In this document: positions 9,630 through 17,510 of the stretch, one piece after another
Layout of the letters: each line of letters opens with the position of its first letter
How positions within the stretch are numbered: position 1 is the first letter of the stretch
From: Phycisphaera mikurensis NBRC 102666
Lineage (GTDB): Bacteria > Planctomycetota > Phycisphaerae > Phycisphaerales > Phycisphaeraceae
Assembly: GCF_000284115.1 (NCBI RefSeq)
Contig: NC_017080.1
Coordinates: 330,001-362,000, forward strand
Direction of reading: 5' to 3'
DNA length: 32,000 nucleotides
Program-made: the position numbers and the translations under genes
Notes under the pieces: generated by a model
The model's database searches: none
The model's input: the letters and a program-made list of their open reading frames with translations, nothing else
What the model was told of the DNA's origin: nothing

Positions 9630-10412
9630 TTGGATGCCGCCGCGAAGAAGAAGGTCTGGGGCCGCGACACGCTCGCCGGCGATCCGCACGCGCGGGGCGA
9701 CAAGGCCCGGCGCGTCCGAGCGATGTTCGCCTCGATCGCGGGCTCGTACGACCTCAACAACCGGCTGCACGCCTTCGGCATGGACCAGCGCTGGCGGCGG
9801 GTCGCGGTCGGCATGGCGGCGGTGACGCCCGGCGAGCGGGTCGTCGACGTCGCCTGCGGCACGGGCGACCTGGCGATCGCGCTGGCCCGCACGCTCCCGG
9901 CCGCCGCCGCCGACGGCGGCCCCTCCGTGATCGGCGTCGACTTCACCTTCGCGATGCTCCCGCTGGCGGAGGGCAAGTCCAGCGGCGACGCCGCGGCGGC
10001 CGCGTACGCGGCCGGCGACGCGTTGCGGCTGCCGCTGCCCGACGCCTGCTGCGAAGCGGTGACCATCGCCTTCGGGCTGCGCAACGTGGCCGATCCCTCC
10101 GCCGCCGTCGCCGAGTTCGCCCGGGTGCTCAAGCCCGGCGGCCGGCTGGTCGTCCTGGAGTTCGTCGAGCCCAGGAACCCGCTCATCCGCTGGGGCAACG
10201 CGGCGTACACCCGCGGGCTGATGCCGCTGACGGCGACGGCCCTCTCCGGAGACCGCAGCGGCGCGTACCGGTACCTGCCCAAGTCGGTCGCGACCTTCCT
10301 GGGCACGGCGGGGGTGGCGGCGCTGTACGAGCGGCACGGCTTCGGCGGGCACCGCAGCCGCGCGATGAACCTCGGCACGGTGGACTGCCACGCCGGGACG
10401 CTCGGCCGTTAG
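9630..10412 (+). CDS. ubiE: Demethylmenaquinone/ubiquinone C-methyltransferase
   Basis: MFASIAGSYDLNNRLHAFGMDQRWRR, SAM motif VVDVACGTGDLAIA, FGLRNV, RVLKPGGRLVVLEF. The maximal ORF starts at 9558 but would cover a palindromic intergenic element (9583-9628). The in-frame TTG at 9630 gives family-typical N-terminal spacing. Confidence 0.88.
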   Translation: MDAAAKKKVWGRDTLAGDPHARGDKARRVRAMFASIAGSYDLNNRLHAFGMDQRWRRVAVGMAAVTPGERVVDVACGTGDLAIALARTLPAAAADGGPSVIGVDFTFAMLPLAEGKSSGDAAAAAYAAGDALRLPLPDACCEAVTIAFGLRNVADPSAAVAEFARVLKPGGRLVVLEFVEPRNPLIRWGNAAYTRGLMPLTATALSGDRSGAYRYLPKSVATFLGTAGVAALYERHGFGGHRSRAMNLGTVDCHAGTLGR

Positions 10413-10743
10413 CAGGCCGCTTCGGGATCCCGCGTCAGGCGGTGCTGCCCGCCCGCAGCCCCGATGAGGTCGTGCAGCGGCCAGCGAGGCCCGGCGGTGG
10501 CGCCTCCCGCCGAGCGGAGCGCAGCGGAATGGAGCTGCGACCCCGCATCCGCGGCGCGTCGCAACGCCGCTTGCGCGGGCGGCCGCGTCCCCGCCCGCAC
10601 CCGCGGTGTGAACGCCGTCCGCGGCTCTAAACCCCTTCTCGCGTCCGCCCGATGCCCCCCGCAGCCGGACCCCGCGGCGTCCGCTTGCGTGGCCCGCCGG
10701 CGGATCGTTGGTTGGAACCCCGTGTCCCCCGCGGAAGCACCCC

Positions 10744-11346
10744 ATGCACGAGCACGAGCACGCACCCGAAGCCACGCCCCGCCGACGCCGGCACCCGCGG
10801 CCGTCCCGGCGTCGCGGCTTCACGCTGATCGAGGCCTCCCTCACCACCGTCATCGTCGGCACCGGCGTGCTCGCGATGATCGAGGCCCAGCAGGCGTACC
10901 ACCGCAAGAACCAGATCGCGACCCGCGCCGGCACCGGCCAGCTGCTGGCCAACGAGGTCCGCGAGCTGATGCACGGGCTCCCGCACCACGCCCAGCTGCT
11001 CAACGGCGCCGAGACCCTCAACCTCGGCCCGGAGCTCGGGGAGACCTCGCCGATCGACTTCGACGACCTCGACGACTTCATCTCGGTCGCCGGCGGCGGG
11101 TTCCACCCGCCGATCAACGCCATGGGTCAGACGCTGCCCGGCGACGACATGCTCCGCTGGCGGCAGGTCGTGACGCTCGGCGGCGTGTTCCCGAGCCTGA
11201 TCGACAGCAACGCCACCTTCGCCCTGGGCACCACCGAGATGATCCGCGTGGTCGTCTCCGCCCAATACGACACCGACCCCGACCCCACCGCCGAGTCCTG
11301 GGTGCAGGTGGCCGATCTCGCCTGGGTCGTCCCGCCGACCCGCTGA
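10744..11346 (+). CDS. Prepilin-type N-terminal cleavage/methylation-domain protein (minor pseudopilin, GspI/GspH-like)
   Basis: Basic leader ending RRRG, then FTLIEASLTTVIVGTGVLAMIE (G|FTLIE with Glu+5). An alternative TTG start lies at 10708. Third-position GC is very high. Confidence 0.85.
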   Translation: MHEHEHAPEATPRRRRHPRPSRRRGFTLIEASLTTVIVGTGVLAMIEAQQAYHRKNQIATRAGTGQLLANEVRELMHGLPHHAQLLNGAETLNLGPELGETSPIDFDDLDDFISVAGGGFHPPINAMGQTLPGDDMLRWRQVVTLGGVFPSLIDSNATFALGTTEMIRVVVSAQYDTDPDPTAESWVQVADLAWVVPPTR

Positions 11347-11396
11347 GCGGCCGAGCCGCCCGCCGCTCCCGCCCCGTCCCTTCCGGACCGCCCGCC

Positions 11397-14036
11397 ATGC
11401 GCCCCGCCCCGCACGCCCCGACCCCCGCCCGGTTCCCGCTCCCGCGTCGCCCCCGCTCCGGCTCCCGCCAGCGGGGCGTCGCCGCGATCATCGCGATGAT
11501 GTTCCTGGTGATCTTCGGATCGCTGGCCGCGGCGATGGCCATCGTCTCCCAAGGCGGCCTGCGCAGCGCCGAGTCGCACCTCAAGGTCAACCGCTCGCAC
11601 GCCGCGGCCGAGACGGGCCTGGACCTGCTGGAGTGGCGGATGGAGCAGGCGATGGCGGGGCGGACCAACGACCCGGCGCTGGACGCCTCGCTCTCGTTGA
11701 CGCCGGTGCGTTCGGACCAGGGCGTGGTGACGCCGGCGCTGGCGGTCGGCTTCTGGAACCAGACCGCCTGGAACCTCAACCAGATCCTGGGGGCGACCGG
11801 CTCGCTGGGCGTGAACCACAACCAGCGCGGCCTCCGGCTCGAGCCGCAGGCCTCCGGCAGCCTCTCGCAGAAGCTCAGCCTCGGGCCCATCCGCGTCGGC
11901 CCCGGCCAGCCCGACTTCGAGGCCGTCCTCCAGCCGCACCCGCTCCCCGGCGAGGACTACACCTCCGCCCGCTACGACCGGCTTCCCTACGGCCCGCCGG
12001 CGGGCAAGCCCGACGGGACGGCCCTGGAGAAGGCCGCGTGGGCGCGCGACGTGAAGCTCAAGCGGGAGGCGGGCATCGACTTCGTCGTCGGCAGCCCCAC
12101 CGAGGCCGGGCGGGTGGCCGGCTTCGAGTATCGCCCGCTGGATGCGCGCTTCATCCGGGTCAGCGTCACCGGCACCGACCGGGGCACCTTCAACGCCTCC
12201 GCCGACGGGGCGGCCCGCGCGGTCTCCCGCGAGGGCGCCGCGCACAGCGTCATCCGCCGGACGGTCGAGCAGGACTACCTGCTGACCAAGACGATCCCCT
12301 TCGCGCTGCTCGCCCGGAGCCGCGTGATGATCGGCCGCAACGTCACGATCGACGGCCCGGTCAACTCCCGCTTCAGCGACGTCAAGCACAAGCACGGCCA
12401 CCCGATCCAGATGGAGTCGGACTTCTTCAACCTGCTCGGCACCGGCTCCAACGGGCTCAACAACGACCTCAACGGCTTCGTCAGCACGCTGTCGAGCAAC
12501 GGCAGCGGCGTCGATCTCGACGGCGACAACCGCATCAACCTGGCGAGCCCCTCGGAGACCGCCGGCCTGATCGATCCGCGCGACAGCGACTTCGACGGCG
12601 ACGGCTACCTCAGCGAGTTCGACTGGTTCGTCAAGGCCTTCGACGGCAGGAGCGGCGGCGTCGTGGACGGCCGCATCAGCCCCGACGAGCTGGGCATCGA
12701 CGCGTCGAGCCCCGACCAGACGCTGCAGCAGCTCTTCACGCTGATCGACGCCGACGCCTCCCCCAACGTCACCTACGGGCCCGACGGCCAGCCGATCGGC
12801 GACGGCTTCCTCGACGCCGACGACGAGTACGCCAAGGTCCGCGGCCAGCTGATCATGGAGGCCACGCTGGAGGACTGGGAGGAGGTCGCCGCGGAGAGCG
12901 GCAACTACCGCGACTACCTCAAGGGTCCGGTCACGGCCGACTTCGGCAAGCGGCCGCTGGTCGCGGGCGAGGAGGCCACCGACGACGCGTACGACTTCTC
13001 GGCCAACAGCTTCGACATGACGGCCTACAGCGACCGCGCGACCAACACGCTCAACCCCGCGAGCGCCGGCAGCGCCACCGCCAACGACACGAGCGAGCCC
13101 GTGGAGTTCAACGGGCGCAACACCGACGCCGACGGCAACCCCATCTTCGAGAAGGTGCCGTACCAGTCCGAGTACGCGTACGACCACTTCGATCGGCCGG
13201 TGTACCGCAACCTCCGCTTCAGCGACATCCGGATCCCGCCGGGCACCAACGCGCTCTTCGAGAACTGCCGCTTCATCGGCGTCACGTACATCGAGACCGC
13301 CGCGAACAACATGGACCCGAACTTCAACTACGCCGGCATCCAGGACAAGGACGGCGTGCCGACCTACTGGGACCGGCCCGTGGAGATCGACGGCGTCAAG
13401 TACGGCGGCCTCCGCCCGACCGACCCCGGCTACGACCCCGCGGACAACGCCACCGGCACGAAGATGCTGTCCAACAACATCCGCTTCCACAACTGCACCT
13501 TCGAGGGACCGGTCACCGGCGGGCCCGTCGGCGGCGGACGCTTCCCGGCCAACTTCCAGTTCACGCACACCCGCAACAAGGTGACCTTCACGGGCCGGAC
13601 GCGCTGGGAGCACGACGCGAACAACGGAAAATCCGACGCCGACAAAGCCTTCTACCGGCGCTCGTCGATCCTGATGCCGCACTTCTCGGTGGAGCTCGGC
13701 TCCTTCAAGGATCCCGCGAGCCTCACCGAGGAGGTCGACCTGGAGGGCACCGTGGTCGCCGGCATCATCGACATCCGCGGCCAGGCCGACGTGCACGGGA
13801 CCGTGGTCACGACCTTCGAGCCCGAGAGCGACACCGGCCCGGTGATCGGCAACACCAGCCCGAACTTCAACACGACCCTGGGCTACTTCGACAACGCCGA
13901 CGGCGACCGCGAGGGCGAGCGCCCCGACAACGGCGTGGGCCGCATCCGCCTGCGCTACAACGCGGTCGCCACGCTGCCCGACGGGATCGAGAGCCCGATC
14001 ACGCTGGTCCCGCTGCACCGGACGTACGCCGAGTGA
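11397..14036 (+). CDS. Giant (879 aa) PilX_N/GspK-like pseudopilin-family protein with EF-hand/dockerin-like Ca-binding loops and a beta-helix-like C-terminal region
   Basis: In-frame ATG at 11397 inside track ORF 10464-14036. N-terminus SRQRGVAAIIAMMFLVIFGSLAAAMAIV has no Glu+5, as in GspK/PilX. AAAETGLDLL follows. Ca-loop-like DLDGDNRINL and DSDFDGDGYLSEFD. Repeats NLRFSDIRIPPGTNALFENCRFIGV and NIRFHNCTFEGPV. Confidence 0.85.
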   Translation: MRPAPHAPTPARFPLPRRPRSGSRQRGVAAIIAMMFLVIFGSLAAAMAIVSQGGLRSAESHLKVNRSHAAAETGLDLLEWRMEQAMAGRTNDPALDASLSLTPVRSDQGVVTPALAVGFWNQTAWNLNQILGATGSLGVNHNQRGLRLEPQASGSLSQKLSLGPIRVGPGQPDFEAVLQPHPLPGEDYTSARYDRLPYGPPAGKPDGTALEKAAWARDVKLKREAGIDFVVGSPTEAGRVAGFEYRPLDARFIRVSVTGTDRGTFNASADGAARAVSREGAAHSVIRRTVEQDYLLTKTIPFALLARSRVMIGRNVTIDGPVNSRFSDVKHKHGHPIQMESDFFNLLGTGSNGLNNDLNGFVSTLSSNGSGVDLDGDNRINLASPSETAGLIDPRDSDFDGDGYLSEFDWFVKAFDGRSGGVVDGRISPDELGIDASSPDQTLQQLFTLIDADASPNVTYGPDGQPIGDGFLDADDEYAKVRGQLIMEATLEDWEEVAAESGNYRDYLKGPVTADFGKRPLVAGEEATDDAYDFSANSFDMTAYSDRATNTLNPASAGSATANDTSEPVEFNGRNTDADGNPIFEKVPYQSEYAYDHFDRPVYRNLRFSDIRIPPGTNALFENCRFIGVTYIETAANNMDPNFNYAGIQDKDGVPTYWDRPVEIDGVKYGGLRPTDPGYDPADNATGTKMLSNNIRFHNCTFEGPVTGGPVGGGRFPANFQFTHTRNKVTFTGRTRWEHDANNGKSDADKAFYRRSSILMPHFSVELGSFKDPASLTEEVDLEGTVVAGIIDIRGQADVHGTVVTTFEPESDTGPVIGNTSPNFNTTLGYFDNADGDREGERPDNGVGRIRLRYNAVATLPDGIESPITLVPLHRTYAE

Positions 14037-14137
14037 GCCGGCCCCGCCCCCTGGCGGCCTCACCCGGGGCCCCCGGACACCCGATGAGGCCGCTGCCGGC
14101 CACCGCCACCGCCGCGCCCGCCGCTCTTGACGTTGCC

Positions 14138-14821
14138 ATGGCCTCTTCCTCCCCGATTCCGCGAACCCGCCCACGCCCGCGCACCCGCCGCGGGCCGCGG
14201 CGGCAGGCCGGCCTCTCGCTCGCCGAGATGCTCATCTCGCTGGCCATCTCCGCGGCGCTGCTGACGGCCGTCGCCCTGGCGATGGACGCCAGCTTCACCG
14301 CCTACGCCAGCGCGGCGGAGTCGACCTCGGCGCAGAGCTCCACCCGCCTGGTGGTGCACCGGATCCAGGCGATGATCCGCGGAGGCGTGGCGCAGGGCCC
14401 GCTCACCCCCGACGACCACCTCGCCTGGAAGAACACGATCCGGCTCAAGAGCGGGGGGACGCTCGCCCTGCCGGAGCCCGACTTCAGCAACAACCCGGTC
14501 ACCAGCGACTACCTGCTGCTCGATGACCGCGACGGCCGGCTGATCGCCCTGGACTTCGACCCCATCACCGCGACGGTCTTCCTGAGCACGCCCGAACCGG
14601 ACGGTCGCTACGAGCGGCGGCCCCTGCTGCAGGGCGTCACGGCCTGCACCTTCAGCTTGTTCCGACGGCGGGACCGGCAGAGCGATTACCAGAACGTGCT
14701 GGAGCGCGGCGGCATCGACCTCACGGTCCAGCCCGGCGCCGACTCGACGCTGGGCACCGAAGCCGGGCAGTCCCCCCCGATCCGCTTGATCGCTTCCACC
14801 TCGCCCCGCCGCCTGCGCTGA
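14138..14821 (+). CDS. Prepilin-type N-terminal-domain protein (minor pseudopilin, GspJ/PulJ-like)
   Basis: In-frame ATG at 14138 inside track ORF 11633-14821. Basic leader ending RRQAG, then LSLAEMLISLAISAALLTAVALAM (Glu+5 present), then a STRLVVHRIQAMIR helix as in GspJ-type proteins. Confidence 0.8.
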   Translation: MASSSPIPRTRPRPRTRRGPRRQAGLSLAEMLISLAISAALLTAVALAMDASFTAYASAAESTSAQSSTRLVVHRIQAMIRGGVAQGPLTPDDHLAWKNTIRLKSGGTLALPEPDFSNNPVTSDYLLLDDRDGRLIALDFDPITATVFLSTPEPDGRYERRPLLQGVTACTFSLFRRRDRQSDYQNVLERGGIDLTVQPGADSTLGTEAGQSPPIRLIASTSPRRLR

Positions 14822-14961
14822 ACGCGGGCACCACGACCCCCGGGGAAAAACCCGCGCGGTTCGCTTGCCCCGCTTCCCCCTGGATCGTCCCCTTGCCCGC
14901 ACGCTCTCGCCGAGAGCGGCTTTCGCGGCAGAGCCGCACGATCCGCTTCGAAGGACACCCG

Positions 14962-15843
14962 ATGCACAGCTCCATCCCTCTCACCCGCACCTCCCTCGCC
15001 CGCCGCGTGCGGCCCGCGGCGGCCGCCGTCGCGGCTTCGCTGGCCCTCACGGGGCTGGCCGCCGCCCCCGCGGCCGCGGCCCCCGGCGTCGCCGACGTCC
15101 TCGACGCGGTGGACGCCGCGCAGGAGAGCATCCGCCTGGAGGGCACGCTCCGCGACTTCACCATCGACCACCCCGACATGGAGTACGGCAAGAAGAGCTT
15201 CGGCCTCCGCAAGGGCATGGTCGAGGAGCGGCTCGGCGCCGACGGCCGGCCGGTCCTCAGCGAGAAGTACGCGAAGAATCCCGGCAAGGCGATGATCCAG
15301 AGCGAGTCGACCTTCAACCAGTGGTTCCGCGACGTGCCGGGCGTGAACCTCACCGAGGTCGTCGAGCTGACCCTCCAGCCGCACCCCGCCAAGCCCGGCG
15401 TCATGTACTTCGCCCGCGAGGCCCAGAGCTCCGGCGACAAGCGGTTCTTCTTCCCCGCCGATGGCCGCGGCTTCAACGACATGCGGAACGCGGGCAAGGG
15501 CCTGCACAACTACTTCTTCACCTTCGAGCTCGAGACCGAGTTCACCTACGACGATCCCAGCGGGCGCGACCACGCGCTGGAGTTCGCCTTCAGCGGCGAC
15601 GACGACGTCTGGGTCTTCATCAACGACCGCCTCGCGGTCGACCTCGGCGGCGTGCACGGGCAGCAGAGCGCCAAGGTCAACCTGGACCGCAACGCCGAGA
15701 AACTCGGCCTCGAGCCCGGCGAGACCTACCCGCTCCGCCTCTTCTTCGCCGAACGGCACACGACGCAGAGCAACTTCCGCATCGAGACCACGCTGAAGCT
15801 CAAGGGCCTGCCGCCCTCGAACATCACCGCGAACTACGACTGA
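14962..15843 (+). CDS. Secreted fibro-slime-domain (PA14-like) protein
   Basis: Signal peptide AAAAVAASLALTGLAAAPAAA. RDFTIDHPDMEY. Then FFFPADGRGFND...HNYFFTFELETEFTY...FAFSGDDDVWVFINDRLAVDLGGVHGQQSAKVNLD...LFFAERHTTQSNFRIETT, which matches the fibro-slime signature (TIGR02148-type). ATG at 14962 with an AAGGA upstream; the maximal ORF starts at 14893. Confidence 0.85.
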   Translation: MHSSIPLTRTSLARRVRPAAAAVAASLALTGLAAAPAAAAPGVADVLDAVDAAQESIRLEGTLRDFTIDHPDMEYGKKSFGLRKGMVEERLGADGRPVLSEKYAKNPGKAMIQSESTFNQWFRDVPGVNLTEVVELTLQPHPAKPGVMYFAREAQSSGDKRFFFPADGRGFNDMRNAGKGLHNYFFTFELETEFTYDDPSGRDHALEFAFSGDDDVWVFINDRLAVDLGGVHGQQSAKVNLDRNAEKLGLEPGETYPLRLFFAERHTTQSNFRIETTLKLKGLPPSNITANYD

Positions 15844-15952
15844 TCCGCATCCTCGAGGACCAGGACGCGTCGAGCACCCACCGCCGGGGGAACCCGTGGG
15901 GTGGGGTGTGCAGCGTCGTGCACGCTTGTCCATCCCGCAAGCGGCGTGGCAG

Positions 15953-15979
15953 CCGACGCAGAGGAGCGTCGGTTGTTCC
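15953..15979 (+). terminator. Possible weak intrinsic terminator downstream of the fibro-slime gene
   Basis: Hairpin CCGACGC-aggaga-GCGTCGG (15953-15972) followed by TTGTT. The T tract is poor and the site lies about 110 nt after the stop. Confidence 0.25.
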
Positions 15980-16169
15980 CGAACGCGGAGAGCGGCCGCG
16001 ATCCGACCGCCGCGACTCAACCGCCGCGTCGGACCGGACCGATGCAACGAGGCAGAGCCTATCCCAACAACCGGCCCCGCGCCGGACTGCGGGAGGGAGA
16101 CCACGGGCCGCGGCGTGGGGCCGATCGCTCCCGCCGCGGCCCGCTGCTGCGCGGGCGCCGCGGCCGGGC

Positions 16170-17510
16170 TCAGCCCGATTGGGCCGAGCGGATCAGCAGC
16201 GTGTTGTTCTGGCCGCCGAAGCCGAAGCTGTTGGAGAGGGCGGCCGTGACCGGTTTCCGGCGCGCTTCATTCGGCACGTAATCGAGGTCGCACTCGGGGC
16301 CGGGCGTGGTGAGGTTGGCCGTGGGGGGGAGGACGCCGTCGCGGATGGCGAGCACGCAGGCGATGGCCTGCACGGCGCCGGCGGCGGCGATCAGGTGGCC
16401 GAGCATCGACTTGATCGAGCTCACGGGCGGGACGGCGGCGAGGTCGGCTCCGTCCGCTCCGGCGAAGACGCTCTTGATCGCGCGGGTCTCGATCGAGTCG
16501 TTCTCCTTCGTGCCGGTGCCGTGGGCGGCGATCCAGTCGACCCCCGCGGGCTCCAGCCCCGCCATTTCCAGCGCCTGCCGCATGGCGGCCGCGGCGCCGC
16601 GGCCCTCGGGGTGGATGTCGGTGATGCGATACGCGTCGGCGGTGGCTCCGTAGCCCCCGATCTCCGCAAGGATCTCCGCTTCCCGCGCCTCCGCGTGGCT
16701 GCGCCGCTCGAGCACGAGGATCCCGGCGCCCTCGCCCATCACGAAGCCGTCGCGGTCGGCGGAGAAGGGCCGGCTGGCGGTCTCGGGCGAGTCGTTGCGG
16801 TTCGAGAGGGCGGTCAACCGGTTGAAGCCGGTGACGCCGAAGGGGTGGATCATCGTGTGCGCCCCGCCGGAGAGCATCACGTCGGCCTCGCCGCGGGCGA
16901 GCACGGCGCAGGCCTCGCCGATCGCCTGCGTGCTCGCGGCGCAGGCGGTGAGGCAGTTGCTCGCCGGCCCCATCGCGCCAAACTCCAGCGCCAGGTGCGT
17001 GAGCGGCATGTTGGGCTCCTGCTCCACCTCGCGGTCGGCGTCGAACTGGCGGAGCGCCTCCGCCGCCCACGCTCTCGCGTCGACCGCGCCCGCGTCGGCG
17101 TCCCAGGCCGCGAGCGTCGTCGAGACGTAGTGCTCCAGGTCGATGGTGCCCTCGCCGGCGCCGAGATACAAACCCAGCCGCTCGCGGTCGAGCCCGTCGA
17201 ACCCGTCGAGCCCCGACTGCTCCCACGCCCGGGACGCCGCGCCGAGCGCAAAGCGGGTGTGCCGGCCCGCGGTCTCGTGCAGCTTGGGGTGCTTCAGCCC
17301 CGAGGGGGACCACCCGGGATCCACCTCCGCGGCGAACGTCGTCGGGAAGGTGCTGGCGTCGAAGCCGCGGATCGCGGCGGCCCCCGACTGCGCGTTCAGC
17401 ATCCGCTTCCACACCCCGTCGAGCGTGTCGCCCAGCGGCGTCACCCAGCCGCAACCGGTGATGACGATCGGGTCCGTCGAGCTTGTTCTTGCGTCAGCGG
17501 GGGTGGTCAT
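16170..17510 (-). CDS. Beta-ketoacyl-ACP synthase, FabF/KAS-II family, catalytically canonical
   Basis: 446 aa from ATG at 17510. Active-site Cys in NCLTACAAST, His in AAHGTGTKEND, His in SIKSMLGHLIAAAG. C-terminal NSFGFGGQNNTLLI. Confidence 0.93.
   Translation of the reverse strand: MTTPADARTSSTDPIVITGCGWVTPLGDTLDGVWKRMLNAQSGAAAIRGFDASTFPTTFAAEVDPGWSPSGLKHPKLHETAGRHTRFALGAASRAWEQSGLDGFDGLDRERLGLYLGAGEGTIDLEHYVSTTLAAWDADAGAVDARAWAAEALRQFDADREVEQEPNMPLTHLALEFGAMGPASNCLTACAASTQAIGEACAVLARGEADVMLSGGAHTMIHPFGVTGFNRLTALSNRNDSPETASRPFSADRDGFVMGEGAGILVLERRSHAEAREAEILAEIGGYGATADAYRITDIHPEGRGAAAAMRQALEMAGLEPAGVDWIAAHGTGTKENDSIETRAIKSVFAGADGADLAAVPPVSSIKSMLGHLIAAAGAVQAIACVLAIRDGVLPPTANLTTPGPECDLDYVPNEARRKPVTAALSNSFGFGGQNNTLLIRSAQSG

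Noticed and set aside
10464-11396. 311-aa N-terminal extension of the giant pseudopilin-like ORF
   Set aside because: The extension overlaps the upstream pseudopilin gene in another frame and is Arg/Pro/Ala-rich. The in-frame ATG at 11397 gives a basic leader plus a PilX_N-type hydrophobic segment, the expected N-terminus.
11127-14821. 1015-aa - strand ORF (11127-14174) and 1062-aa + strand ORF (11633-14821) across the pseudopilin cluster
   Set aside because: These are shadow frames of the 879-aa gene. Only the last 227 codons of the 11633 frame (from ATG 14138) look like a real protein, the GspJ-like gene.
14962-15060. Twin-arginine (Tat) signal in the fibro-slime protein (SLARRVRPAAAAV)
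   Set aside because: The RR is present, but the context does not match the S/T-R-R-x-F-L-K consensus. I call only a generic signal peptide.
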